A stretch of 59,207 nt of DNA, the filler included, from an uncultured virus (IMG/VR IMGVR_UViG_2049941000_000702) (taxonomy: Duplodnaviria > Heunggongvirae > Uroviricota > Caudoviricetes). It is 19 parts of one record of this genome, joined end to end, with 100 filler letters (N's around TTAATTAATTAA, not from the genome) between each part and the next. Parts side by side here need not be neighbours in the genome. Positions count along the whole stretch, not along the records: positions 48,482 to 55,438 come from IMGVR_UViG_2049941000_000702; positions 55,539 to 59,207 come from IMGVR_UViG_2049941000_000702; 17 more parts are not named here. The stretch is one strand, 5' to 3'. Position numbers and translations under genes: made by a program. Of the stretch, positions 48,382 to 58,828 are shown in pieces; the first letter of the stretch is position 1; each line of letters opens with the position of its first letter. Under the pieces are notes generated by a model. The model did not search any database. It was given only the letters and a program-made list of their open reading frames with translations, and was not told where the DNA came from.

Positions 48382-48530
48382 NNNNNNNNNNNNNNNNNNN
48401 NNNNNNNNNNNNNNNNNNNNNNNNNTTAATTAATTAANNNNNNNNNNNNNNNNNNNNNNNNNNNNNNNNNNNNNNNNNNNNTTTATCTGATCTTCAATGA
48501 ATTGAAAAAACTCTTTTGAGGTTTACCTAA

Positions 48531-48802
48531 ATGATTTATGTAACTTCTGATCTGCATGGTTATCCTATGCCGGATTTCATGCGTTTGTTGGACAAAGCGA
48601 AGTTTTCTGATACTGATGACCTTATCGTTCTTGGAGACGTGATCGATCGCAACGGCGATGGAGGTGTTTCTATCCTGCGCTGGTTGCTTCAGCAGGTGAA
48701 TGTCCGAATGATAATGGGAAATCATGAAGCAATGCTATTAGCATGCCGGTTCTTATTTGATAATATAACCGATGAAAGCCTCAGCCGGTTGAATGAATAC
48801 AA
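48531..48802 (+). CDS. Metallophosphoesterase (Ser/Thr phosphatase-like), partial
   Basis: SDLHG, LGDVIDRN and MGNHE motifs. Confidence 0.9.
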
Positions 48803-49009
48803 NNNNNNNNNNCACTTTGCTTAGCACATCTTTCGCAGCTCGTCATTTGTCGGCATGACAGTCTCAACATGCAGAAGCAGCTGATAACAAGCATACCAAT
48901 AATACGGATGATGATCTCCGCAACCATCAGCATTCTTATTAGAGGGCTGATCTGATACATTTAGGATAGCATAATACTTGTTTAGCAGTATCACTTATCA
49001 GATTACTCT

Positions 49010-50113
49010 CTAGTGCATCTTAACCCAGATACAAGGACGGACACAGCCCCTCGAACCAGTAACAGGATCACCTGAAGGCCCTAAACGACCCGTACTGTTA
49101 ACCATAGTGCCGTCGGACTGTGTCCTTCCGGGGGTACGCAGCCACCACCAACCATTTCCGTCTTCGTTGGCGAAAGCGTTATGACTTCTTGCGTACTGGG
49201 TCGGAGCGCAAAGACGATCATCTTGATCGGGAAAGTATTTAAATACTTCATTGACACTCAACAGAAACACATTGTCAAGGGTATCGTTTCCTGGGTCTGT
49301 CTCCCAATCCGGATTCTCATCCGCGCTGACATCAGCGGTAATTATGAATGGCTTTTCGTACTTGCGGAATGCCATGTTATAGAATTCGTCGTTAAGCCAC
49401 TGACGCAGATCGCACTCTTCCCAGGTCATGTCGATTTCTTCTTCGTGATAGCATTTACAATCAAGACCGTCCTTGCTTAGGAGCAACGCGTTCTCGCCTT
49501 GTATGTCCAGCACGATCCATTCAATATCCATATCATAGTATTTGCCATATTGCTGCCTCTCCTGAGGATAAACACCGAATTCTACGATTGCGCCGATATA
49601 GTAATCCGGATAGAGGTCAGAAGCACTTTCGCTTAGCGGTTCAGACTCCGGGGTGTCGGATTGTGTTTCTTCAGATACGCCCAAGTAGAAACCTTTATTG
49701 CAGGTGTTGCCATTTGCATCAATGTCGCGCCAGTAGATAGTTTCACCTGGTTGCACATCAGGTATGGTGAACATCAGATTTTCAGAATCAACTTGCTCTG
49801 ACTGAGATTTCTGAATTTGCCCATCCTGGTTTTCACGCCAAACCTCTATGGTAAAGCTATCGGAAGATGACATCAGCTCAATCGTGAATATGAGATCACA
49901 GTATTCATTTGCAGTCAGGCAGAATGTCCCGTCAGGAACATCGCACACGATGACCATGGTGTCGTCTGAGATATGACTTAAATCTGTGCTGTCGAGCCAT
50001 TCTCTTGCACCGTGTGAGGAGATGACGACTTCCTCAGCATATACGGATGCCAAGAAAGGCATAACGATACATAAAAGAGATAGAATTAGTACAAATACAA
50101 GGTAGCGTTTCAT
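49010..50113 (-). CDS. Secreted DUF6273-domain protein
   Basis: Signal peptide MKRYLVFVLILSLL; IEWIVLD...ALLLS...TWEECDLRQWLN...VFLLS..E...WWWLRTPG...VRPCIW. Confidence 0.8.
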   Translation of the reverse strand: MKRYLVFVLILSLLCIVMPFLASVYAEEVVISSHGAREWLDSTDLSHISDDTMVIVCDVPDGTFCLTANEYCDLIFTIELMSSSDSFTIEVWRENQDGQIQKSQSEQVDSENLMFTIPDVQPGETIYWRDIDANGNTCNKGFYLGVSEETQSDTPESEPLSESASDLYPDYYIGAIVEFGVYPQERQQYGKYYDMDIEWIVLDIQGENALLLSKDGLDCKCYHEEEIDMTWEECDLRQWLNDEFYNMAFRKYEKPFIITADVSADENPDWETDPGNDTLDNVFLLSVNEVFKYFPDQDDRLCAPTQYARSHNAFANEDGNGWWWLRTPGRTQSDGTMVNSTGRLGPSGDPVTGSRGCVRPCIWVKMH

Positions 50114-50534
50114 AATGGTTTCCTCCAGCTTAGTCGTTATCAATGGTCTACCAGTTGCCATAAGATGATTATTGATTAGGAAGTNNNNNNNNNNNNNNNN
50201 NNNNNNNNNNNNNNNNNNNNNNNNNNNNNNNNNNNNNNNNNNNNNNNNNNNNNNNNNNNNNNNNNNNNNNNNNNNNNNNNNNNNNNNNNNNNNNNNNNNN
50301 NNNNNNNNNNNNNNNNNNNNNNNNNNNNNNNNNNNNNNNNACAGGATTTCAGGACGGAGCTCTTCGAGATACTAATGGCCACCGTAAACGGAAGGAACGA
50401 CCTTGAAGTCATCGGCCTCACGCACAGGGAGACCGACAGACTCATCCGCCGCCTTCGCGCACAGCTTCTGAATCAGGTGAACTGAGGATCGAACACACTG
50501 AATTATCTTTCAAATCAAGGAGGACACTAAACAC

Positions 50535-50657
50535 ATGTGCATTATCTGCGTATCACCCCAGGGCGTTCGCCAGCCCGACACACAAACCATCAGGACCATG
50601 TTCCTACGGAATCCGCACGGAGCGGGATACATGTACGCACGCAACGGCAGGGTACAC
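50535..50657 (+). CDS. Class II glutamine amidotransferase, N-terminus
   Basis: MCII (Ntn Cys) ... NPHGAGYMY. Confidence 0.8.
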
Positions 50658-50820
50658 NNNNNNNNNNNNNNNNNNNNNNNNNNNNNNNNNNNNNNNNNNN
50701 NNNNNNNNNNNNNNNNNNNNNNNNNNNNNNNNNNNNNNNNNNNNNNNNNNNNNNNNNNNNNNNNNNNNNNNNNNNNNNNNNNNNNNNNNNNNNAGCGAGG
50801 TGACCGAATGGAACACACTG

Positions 50821-50886
50821 CCCGCCTGACGAGCGCCGGACGGCGACCGGCCGAAACCGGGCACGCTACCCGGTCGCGGGAAGCCG
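50821..50886 (+). ncRNA. Type I hammerhead ribozyme with loop II pseudoknot
   Basis: Stem I CCCGC/GCGGG, CUGACGA, stem II, GAAA, stem III CCGGG/CCCGG, GUC cleavage triplet; loop II CGGC pairs with 3' GCCG. Confidence 0.92.
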
Positions 50887-51288
50887 CAGAAAAACACAGG
50901 GCGAAAGCCCGGAAANNNNNNNNNNNNNNNNNNNNNNNNNNNNNNNNNNNNNNNNNNNNNNNNNNNNNNNNNNNNNNNNNNNNNNNNNNNNNNNNNNNNN
51001 NNNNNNNNNNNNNNNNNNNNNNNNNNNNNNNNNNNNNNNNNNNNNNNNNNNNNNNNNNNNNNNNNNNNNNNNNNNNNNNNNNNNNNNNNNNNNNNNNNNN
51101 NNNNNNNNNNNNNNNNNNNNNNNNNNNNNNNNNNNNNNNNNNNNNNNNNNNNNNNNNNNNNNNNNNNNNNNNNNNNNNNNNNNNNNNNNNNNNNNNNNNN
51201 NNNNNNNNNNNNNNNNNNNNNNNNNNNNNNNNNNNNNNNNNNNNNNNNNNNNNNNNNNNNNNNNNNNNNNNNNNNNNNNNNNNNNNNC

Positions 51289-52057
51289 TGACCCAAGCCC
51301 TGCAGATAAGCCCGGAACGCCGGGAACGCTGGTGCCAAGAGGTAGACCCATACTTCCTGCAGGTACTCAACAGGAGAAGGCCGACCACATCCGAACAGCT
51401 GGCCCAACTTTGGTACGACGACCGGGACTGGGAGTACCACGCACACGACCACTACGACCGGAGCCGGTACCACCTTTTGAACCTCCATGCGGTGTGGCAG
51501 AAAGGCACTATCGAGTTCCGGGCCTTCAACAGCACGCTCCATGCCGGTGAGATAAAAGCCTACATACAGCTTTGCATGGCCATAAGCCACCAAGCCCTCA
51601 CGGTAAGCACAGCCAGCCCCGCAAGGCCGGTCACGGACAACCCCGCCTACACCTTCCGGTGCTGGCTCCTCAGACTGGGCCTGAACGGCGAGGAATTCAA
51701 GACCGCCCGGACGCACCTGCTCAAGCACCTGCCCGGCAACGCCGCNNNNNNNNNNGAGCCCCACGAGGCCGGTGACGGACAACCCCGCATACACCTTCCG
51801 GTGCTGGCTCCTCAGGCTGGGGCTGAACGGCGAGGAATTCAAGACCGCCCGGACACACCTTTTAAAGCACCTGCCCGGCAACGCNNNNNNNNNNAAGGCC
51901 GGTCACGGACAACCCCGCATACACCTTCCGGTGCTGGCTCCTGAGACTGGGGCTGAACGGCGAAGAATTCAAGACCGCCCGGACACACCTTTTAAAGCAC
52001 CTGCCCGGCAACGCCGCATGGCGCAACGGGGCCGAGACACAGCGCCGGGCCGGCTGA
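51289..52057 (+). CDS. Putative amidoligase (COOH-NH2 ligase), C-terminal fragments of three variants
   Basis: [53 protein letters not shown]...EFKTARTHL. Confidence 0.88.
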
Positions 52058-52258
52058 AGGAGACGCACATAAAACACAGGGCGAAAGCCCGGAAAGGAAC
52101 ATACCCCATGAAGAAGTACATCGCCGTCATCACCGAGGATGACATCCGCTCCGGTNNNNNNNNNNCGGCTGAGGGCTCACAAATCAAGAGGAGCCTTCAC
52201 CCGGAGCCACAGGCTCACAAATCAAGCAGGGTATTATGCCCGGAAAGGAACACATACC

Positions 52259-52501
52259 ATGAAGTTTATGGACCTGAACGACCGCAGGACCTACACACTC
52301 TCTGAAATCAGGAAGGAGTGGGAACTGCTCCGGAATCAGGAACCGGAGAACCACGCACAGGATTTCAGGACGGAGATCTTTGAGATCCTGATGGCCACCG
52401 TAAACGGAAGGAACGACCTTGAGGTCATCGGTCTCACGCACAGGGAGACCGACAGGCTAATCCGCCGCCTTCGAGCACAGCTTCTGAATCAGGTGAACTG
52501 A
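52259..52501 (+). CDS. Hypothetical phage protein (second copy at 50341-50484)
   Basis: GAAAGGA RBS; the two copies differ mostly at synonymous sites. Confidence 0.7.
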   Translation: MKFMDLNDRRTYTLSEIRKEWELLRNQEPENHAQDFRTEIFEILMATVNGRNDLEVIGLTHRETDRLIRRLRAQLLNQVN

Positions 52502-52550
52502 AAACCGAACACACTGAATTATCTTTCAAATCAAGGAGGACACTAAACAC

Positions 52551-53251
52551 ATGTGNNNNNNNNNNNNNNNNNNNNNNNNNNNNNNNNNNNNNNNNNNNNN
52601 NNNNNNNNNNNNNNNNNNNNNNNNNNNNNNNNNNNNNNNNNNNNNNNNNNNNNNNNNNNNNNNNNNNNNNNNNNNNNNNNNNNNNNNNNNNNNNNNNNNN
52701 NNNNNNNNNNNNNNNNNNNNNNNNNNNNNNNNNNNNNNNNNNNNNNNNNNNNNNNNNNNNNNNNNNNNNNNNNNNNNNNNNNNNNNNNNNNNNNNNNNNN
52801 NNNNNNNNNNNNNNNNNNNNNNNNNNNNNNNNNNNNNNNNNNNNNNNNNNNNNNNNNNNNNNNNNNNNNNNNNNNNNNNNNNNNNNNNNNNNNNNNNNNN
52901 NNNNNNNNNNNNNNNNNNNNNNNNNNNCCCGGGCACATGAAAGCGCTGGACGTGGACTGCAGGTGCGGGATAGCACACAACGGCATCATCGACATCACCA
53001 CCGACCCGCGCAACAGGGAATACAGCGACACGGCCATATTCATTACGGACTACCTGACGCGGATCATCCGGAGACCGTCCGACCTTAAGGATGAACGGAG
53101 ACTGGAGCTTATATATAAACTGGCACAATCCAAGTTCGCCATCATGGATGGCAAAGGCTACATTGCCACAGTCGGCAGGTTCGTAAATGAAGACGGACTT
53201 CTCTACAGCAACCTGAGTTACATACCAGCGTACACGGACCTGCCGTTCTGA
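52551..53251 (+). CDS. Class II glutamine amidotransferase (gapped)
   Basis: ATGTG start as at 50535; GIAHNGII...SDTAIF motifs. Confidence 0.8.
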
Positions 53252-53282
53252 CAGGGCTTCCAAATCGAGAAGCGCATCATAT

Positions 53283-53304
53283 GCCGCCTGCGGGCGGCTT
53301 TCTT
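53283..53304 (+). terminator. Intrinsic terminator
   Basis: GCCGCC-TGCG-GGCGGC-TTTCTT. Confidence 0.75.
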
Positions 53305-53658
53305 ATTTGCCTTGACTTAGTATGTACACAACAAGAATCAACTGTTTATTATTGAAATTGCAAGAATCAACTGTTTTTTATTGAATCTGCTATGCCTTGT
53401 CTTCAATGTGAGTATGAANNNNNNNNNNGGCGTCCAATGCCCGGCAGTCGGTTCCCTTACTCCGACTCGTTGCCCTTAAAAAGCCGCGCCGTTTAAGGGC
53501 TTTGGAATCGGGCAGGGGTATTTCCCCTGGCAGGCCGCAAAAAGCGAACGTAGGCAAACGTGCGGGCTCACGCGGGCAAAGGAAAAGCGGTGGCGCTTTG
53601 CACCGGCGCCGCCGCTCCTGAATCAGGATTGTAGTCTTTTCTGTACCTTTAGGTAGAG

Positions 53659-54237
53659 TTACTTCGCGAACCTCAATATGTCCCTACTGATTCTTACGCC
53701 TTTGGATGTGCTTTTGAACCTGAGCACCAGCTCGCCCTCGGCAACCTTGTACACCGCGGAGAACGGCCGCTCCATCATGAAAGACAGCCCCGGGCAGCGG
53801 CGCAGCGCTTCCTTACGATAGGGTTTGAAATTCGCGCCGGTTTTCTCAGCCAGCCAGCGCACATACAGTTCCTCAAGGGTGTGCGTCTGCNNNNNNNNNN
53901 CAAGGGTGTGCGTCTGCTCTTTCTGTATCTGTTCCCAGGCCTGCTCGCCGGGAGTGTCTTTGAAATCATCCCGGTGGCTTCTGTCGTTGAATACCGCCCA
54001 CTCTTCGATTGGCAGGGGGCTGTTCATGAACTGAAGCACACTTTCTGCGTTCACACAATCCGGGCACACGAAAATTCCATCGGCGTGTCTGCTTAGGGCG
54101 TTAGCGTAAAGCTTGGGCAGCATGGTATCCCTGCCGCATCTGGGGCAGGGCATGTGCTCGCCCGATTCCTGTCTGGCTCGTAAATCAGCCAGGGCTTGTT
54201 TCAGATCATCATTTATGGGTTTTGGTTCGTTGTTCAT
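53659..54237 (-). CDS. Hypothetical Zn-finger phage protein
   Basis: CPRCG...NALSR...CPDC; GGAGG RBS; hairpin plus U tract downstream. Confidence 0.7.
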   Translation of the reverse strand: MNNEPKPINDDLKQALADLRARQESGEHMPCPRCGRDTMLPKLYANALSRHADGIFVCPDCVNAESVLQFMNSPLPIEEWAVFNDRSHRDDFKDTPGEQAWEQIQKEQTHTLXXXXQTHTLEELYVRWLAEKTGANFKPYRKEALRRCPGLSFMMERPFSAVYKVAEGELVLRFKSTSKGVRISRDILRFAK

Positions 54238-54603
54238 GTTTATACCTCCAAAAATATCGTTTGCTATATACATCACTCGTTTGGGCATATAAGTCAAGTC
54301 AGTTATCAGAGAATTATCACATGGGAAATTGAAATAACGGTTCATTTTCAGCACCCATATTTCAAAAAGCAGCGANNNNNNNNNNTATGCAGGCGGTACA
54401 GGTTCGTTTTCCCCGTATACATGATCGCGCTGATCTCGTTCCATGACTTCATATTCAGGTACCTGAGCTCGAGCACGGTCTGCAGTTTGCACTCATCTAT
54501 CCTGCCGATCGCGTCCAGTATGATTGTGTNNNNNNNNNNTCCGCGGAAAAGCCGGAGATGCTTTATGTATACATCTCCAGCCAAAGCTTATTTTATTCTG
54601 GGA

Positions 54604-54999
54604 TCATGTCACCGCGTATTCCGGGTCTGTCCATATGTTCCCGTCCATGTGCTTCAGCGCGTACGCGAACTGCTTCTGAATGTCGGCCGGGAGTTTCACC
54701 TGTATGTTCCTGAGCTTCGAGGCCGCCTTGTATGAATACACTTCCTCCAGTATGTGGTACCTGGTCATATATACATACCTGACTTCACTGCTTTCATACA
54801 GCCTGTACGCTACGTAATACCTGTCTACCCATATCGTGCCGTTTCCGTTCTTTCGCACTATGGGCGGGAAATACTTGCCGCGCATGGTCTGCAGCATTTC
54901 CAGATGGCAGGGGCAGCCCAGGTGATGCTTTCCGGCAATGTCCCTGGCGATAAAGAATATCTCACGGACATTGAGCGCCGCTCTGCCATTTGAGCTCAA
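54604..54999 (-). CDS. Hypothetical phage protein
   Basis: 131-aa ORF with GAGGTG RBS. Confidence 0.5.
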   Translation of the reverse strand: MSSNGRAALNVREIFFIARDIAGKHHLGCPCHLEMLQTMRGKYFPPIVRKNGNGTIWVDRYYVAYRLYESSEVRYVYMTRYHILEEVYSYKAASKLRNIQVKLPADIQKQFAYALKHMDGNIWTDPEYAVT

Positions 55000-55044
55000 C
55001 CGTTACCACCCTCGTTATGATCCAATATTTCCTGNNNNNNNNNN

Positions 55045-55218
55045 CCTTGCCACAAGATCAGCCATGCGGTCAGTGTGCCGTGAGTGGGATACTCCCTCAC
55101 GGCCGTACACGGCAGTCGTGTTCTGTGTGAGCGCCCTTAAATGCTTTAGCTGTTCCGTCTTACTGTCGATCCGCGCTTCCAGCATATAAGCGCGGCCCAG
55201 GAATTCCCTCGCGTTCAT
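55045..55218 (-). CDS. ArpU/DUF1492-like late transcriptional regulator, N-terminus (C-terminus at 54386-54529)
   Basis: MNAREFLGRAYMLEARIDSKTEQL; VLELRYL..KSWNEI...LYRLH. Confidence 0.75.
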
Positions 55219-55538
55219 TAAACATCCTCCTCCCGTTTGGTCCAGGGCTTCCTGCCCGAATAATACTTCACTGATATGAGCGCCTGCTCCCGATAAGGTT
55301 TCCGCCTGATCAGCTCAAACGCCTTTTCCCTGTCTTCCCTGTGCCTAGCTTCGCTCTTGTAAAACCGGCACTTATCGAAACCGGGACACATACCGGTGAG
55401 CGCCATGCAGTCGGGATATCCGTCGCCGCCGCAGCTGCNNNNNNNNNNNNNNNNNNNNNNNNNNNNNNNNNNNNNNNNNNNNTTAATTAATTAANNNNNN
55501 NNNNNNNNNNNNNNNNNNNNNNNNNNNNNNNNNNNNNN

Positions 55539-56036
55539 GTCGAAATACAGGCTGAGGCTCTTCTTGTCCGCCCTGTCAGCCGTAGCGGTCACGCCCAGCA
55601 CATTCGCTGTATTAAAGTGCCTGAGTATCCGCTGATAGGAATCCGACAGGCAGTGGTGCGCCTCGTCAACTACTATGGTGGAGAAGTAGTCTTTGGGGAA
55701 ACGTTCCAGCCTGCTCTCCCTGCACAGGGACTGCACGGAGCCTACGGTGACCGGGAGCGGACTGTCCAGGGAAGACCTGTCCGCTATCTCGTAAGCGCAG
55801 TCGATGCCTGTGACCTGCTTTATCTTGTCCGCCGCCTGGTCAAGCAGCTCGCCCCTGTGCGCCATCACCAGCGCCCTGCCGCCGTCGGCTAAGTGTTCCT
55901 TTATGACGGCGGCGAAGCACACCGTCTTCCCGCAGCCGGTCGGAAGCACCAGCAGCGTGCGCTTCCGGCCCTCCGACCACTCCTTGAGTATCGCGTCCCG
56001 GGCTTCGGCCTGGTATGGCCTAAGCTCTATGGCCAT
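55539..56036 (-). CDS. SF2 DEAD/DEAH helicase N-terminus (C-terminus at 58950-59180)
   Basis: LRPYQ, PTGCGKT, DEAHH, GVTAT; C-terminal STPKQIRCLERYGF. Confidence 0.92.
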
Positions 56037-56409
56037 CAGNNNNNNNNNNTTTTCACCTTCTCCTCATGTATGACAGTTGACAACGCTTCCCCCGCCGTGG
56101 GATCGAAATAGCCTTCGCCGTTTTTCCATATCACTTAGCACCACCTGCCATATCCNNNNNNNNNNNNNNNNNNNNNNNNNNNNNNNNNNNNNNNNNNNNN
56201 NNNNNNNNNNNCTTTTGTTTTCGATGTACACTATGAGCGCGAGCCCGAGCTTCTTAGCTAATGGATGGTTGTCCCATTTCTTACCCACCATATCCACCAG
56301 ATCCTGGCCAGCCTTGAACCAGAACTCCTCGCAGCCGTCCGTGTTTATGGGCGGGGGATCGCCGTGGTCCCTGAGAAAGAAATATATGTCCTTCATGATC
56401 TCGTTTTCT

Positions 56410-56808
56410 TCATTCGTCATCCAGACTCACCACCTTTATTCCAATGCCCGGTTTACGCCTTGCCCAGCGTTTGGATATCAACTCCACGCACACCTGTGAA
56501 TCGTCTTTCCAGAATCCCACGCGCGTCATGCAGTCCTTGAGCAGTTTCTGCAGGTTATCCGTATCGGGCCGTGTGACACGCCATTCACCATCCTTATGCG
56601 AGCCGGAAAAGAAGAACCAGTCCACCGTCAGCGCCACCGGGCCCTCCATGGGCCGCCTTGGCCTGTAGCGCATCAGCAGGCTCTCAAATACGGCCTGGGC
56701 CTGCTTGAGCCTTGCGGTGTTATAAAACATGGGCCTGCCCCTGTTTACCCTTACTTTATGTTCCTGCGCCGTTACCGTCGGCGGGTTCATGTCAAGATAA
56801 AACTCCAT
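56410..56808 (-). CDS. rusA: RusA-family Holliday junction resolvase
   Basis: TRPDTDNLQKLLKDCMT..GFWKDDSQV. Confidence 0.88.
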   Translation of the reverse strand: MEFYLDMNPPTVTAQEHKVRVNRGRPMFYNTARLKQAQAVFESLLMRYRPRRPMEGPVALTVDWFFFSGSHKDGEWRVTRPDTDNLQKLLKDCMTRVGFWKDDSQVCVELISKRWARRKPGIGIKVVSLDDE

Positions 56809-56991
56809 ATCAAATCTCCTTTCATTGCATTGGCGGCGGAGGTCTTTTTTGTTTTAAGAAGCGGACTGGGAAGTCATTTGACATCCCGTAAGGGGGAGGG
56901 GGATTTATTCCCTCCCCCTACTGGAGGGATGTCTATCCATCCATGTATATGGATACATATACATACCGCCGCCGCCATCAAATAACGCGGG

Positions 56992-58828
56992 CTATTGGAC
57001 CCGTCTTATCATGCCGTCATCCAGCACGAACTCGCCGTCCATTTTCTTTACCCTGTCGCGCACTGTCCGCTCAGCCAGATCCATATGCGCGGCCATGTCC
57101 TTTACTGATACGCCGTCGCCGTCCAGGTTCTCACTGTCATAGGCAAGGCGGAATTCATCCGCGCATTCTTTCGCGGTCTTTGACTTTTTGTTGCGCAGCC
57201 TGCCCGCGGAAGCAGTCCCGATCGCGGGCAGCTCCGCCAGCTCCCCCGTAGTATCCAGGCTGTGTATGGGATAGCGGAACCAGAAGTCCACGGGCTTGAA
57301 CGGTTTGAATTCCCTTAAACTGGCCTCGAGCCTCCACGCGCTTGCCCCCTGTTCTGCCAGCAGATTGCGCGTGGCGTCGGACATCTCCAGTTCGATCATA
57401 TCCAGCTGAGCGTCGGGGTCTCTTGCGAACACACCGGAGCCGCTCGCCCTGTCCATGGCGCGCTTCATGCCCTGGGCGCCCTTGCTGTGGTGATGGCAGT
57501 AGATGGTTGAACATCCGGTCTCATTGCATATGCGGTCGAACTGGTTGCAGAACATAGCCATGTCCGAAGCACTGTTCTCATCGCCGGTTATGACCTTGTA
57601 TATGGGGTCGATCACAATGGCGTCCAGATGCTGGTCGCGCACTCGGCGGATGAGTTTCGGCACCAGCTGGTCCAGCGGCACCGCGTGGCCCCTCAGGTTC
57701 CAGATGATGATGTCTTTGCTGTGTGTATGATCGTATCCCAATGCCTTGTATATCTTCATAAATCTGTTTATGCACGATGCGGGATCGATCTCCAGGTTGA
57801 CGTACAGTACCCTGCTCTTTTTGCACGGGAATCCCAGCCAGGGTTTCCCTTCCGCCAGTGCTATGCACAGTTCCATAAGCAGGAACGACTTGCCCGCTTT
57901 GCTGCTCCCGGATATGAGCATCTTATGTCCGCGCCTGAGCACACCCTGTATGAGCTCCTCGGGCAGGGGCAGCGGATGCTCCATTGCCTCGGCCAGTGTG
58001 GAGAAGCCCGGGAGTTCATCCGTTACGCCTTCCACGAAGTCCATCCAGTCCACCCAGGATTTTCGGCCCATGTTAATCCCCAGCAGTTTCTGTACCTGTC
58101 CGTTGNNNNNNNNNNCCTACGTGATCATCGGTAACGAACAGCGTTTCCAGATACAGTATGAGATCCTCAGTTGGTGTGCTTATGTATTCTGTCTCATAAT
58201 CGCTGCCGCTGCCGTCATACGCGATGACGTCGTTCCAGTCCATGATCCCGGCGTCGCCCTGATACAGCGACCAGCCCCGGTCCCTGGCCAGCTTGATTAT
58301 GGTAGCGCCTGTCACGGGAGCGTCGCTGCCGTGNNNNNNNNNNACCTTTACGCCGTGGGACGCGAGGAAATCGTAGAGGAAGGTCACTCGCTTCCTGTAT
58401 TCCTGTATGTCCTGGGCATCGATATGTACTATAGCGTGCACGCTCTTTCCGGCGCTTGATACCAGTGCTGCAATGGGCAGCTCCAGTTTCCGGTACATGG
58501 CGATCTGTTCATTGAGCGGCATGGAATCCGATTCGACCAGGGCGTAGCGGAACTTGGTCACGTTTTCGTTCTTGACTCCGTTGCCGTCTAATGGGTTAAA
58601 ACGTATCCATGCGCCTGCCTCGGGCTTCCAGTCGCCCACANNNNNNNNNNTGTCCCAGCGCCTCGCGCACTCTCCCGGGTGATAGCGCTTACTGTCCGTG
58701 CGGCTCCACTCGTCCCATATGCTCACGTCCATGCCCTCGGCCTTTAGCGCCATGCCTATCTGTACCCAGGTGCTGTAGTCCACTTCGGCACAGCTAATGC
58801 TGTTTAACGCGGATAGTATATTGTCCAA
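56992..58828 (-). CDS. Primase-helicase (PriCT-2 N-terminus plus RecA-like AAA_25), gapped
   Basis: DYSTWVQIGMALK...WDEWS; FRYALVESD; GSSKAGKS Walker A; IVIDP; YCHHHSKG. Confidence 0.9.

Noticed and set aside
629..50113. Diversity-generating retroelement
   Set aside because: No reverse transcriptase and no adenine-specific TR/VR pair seen; variant differences involve all bases
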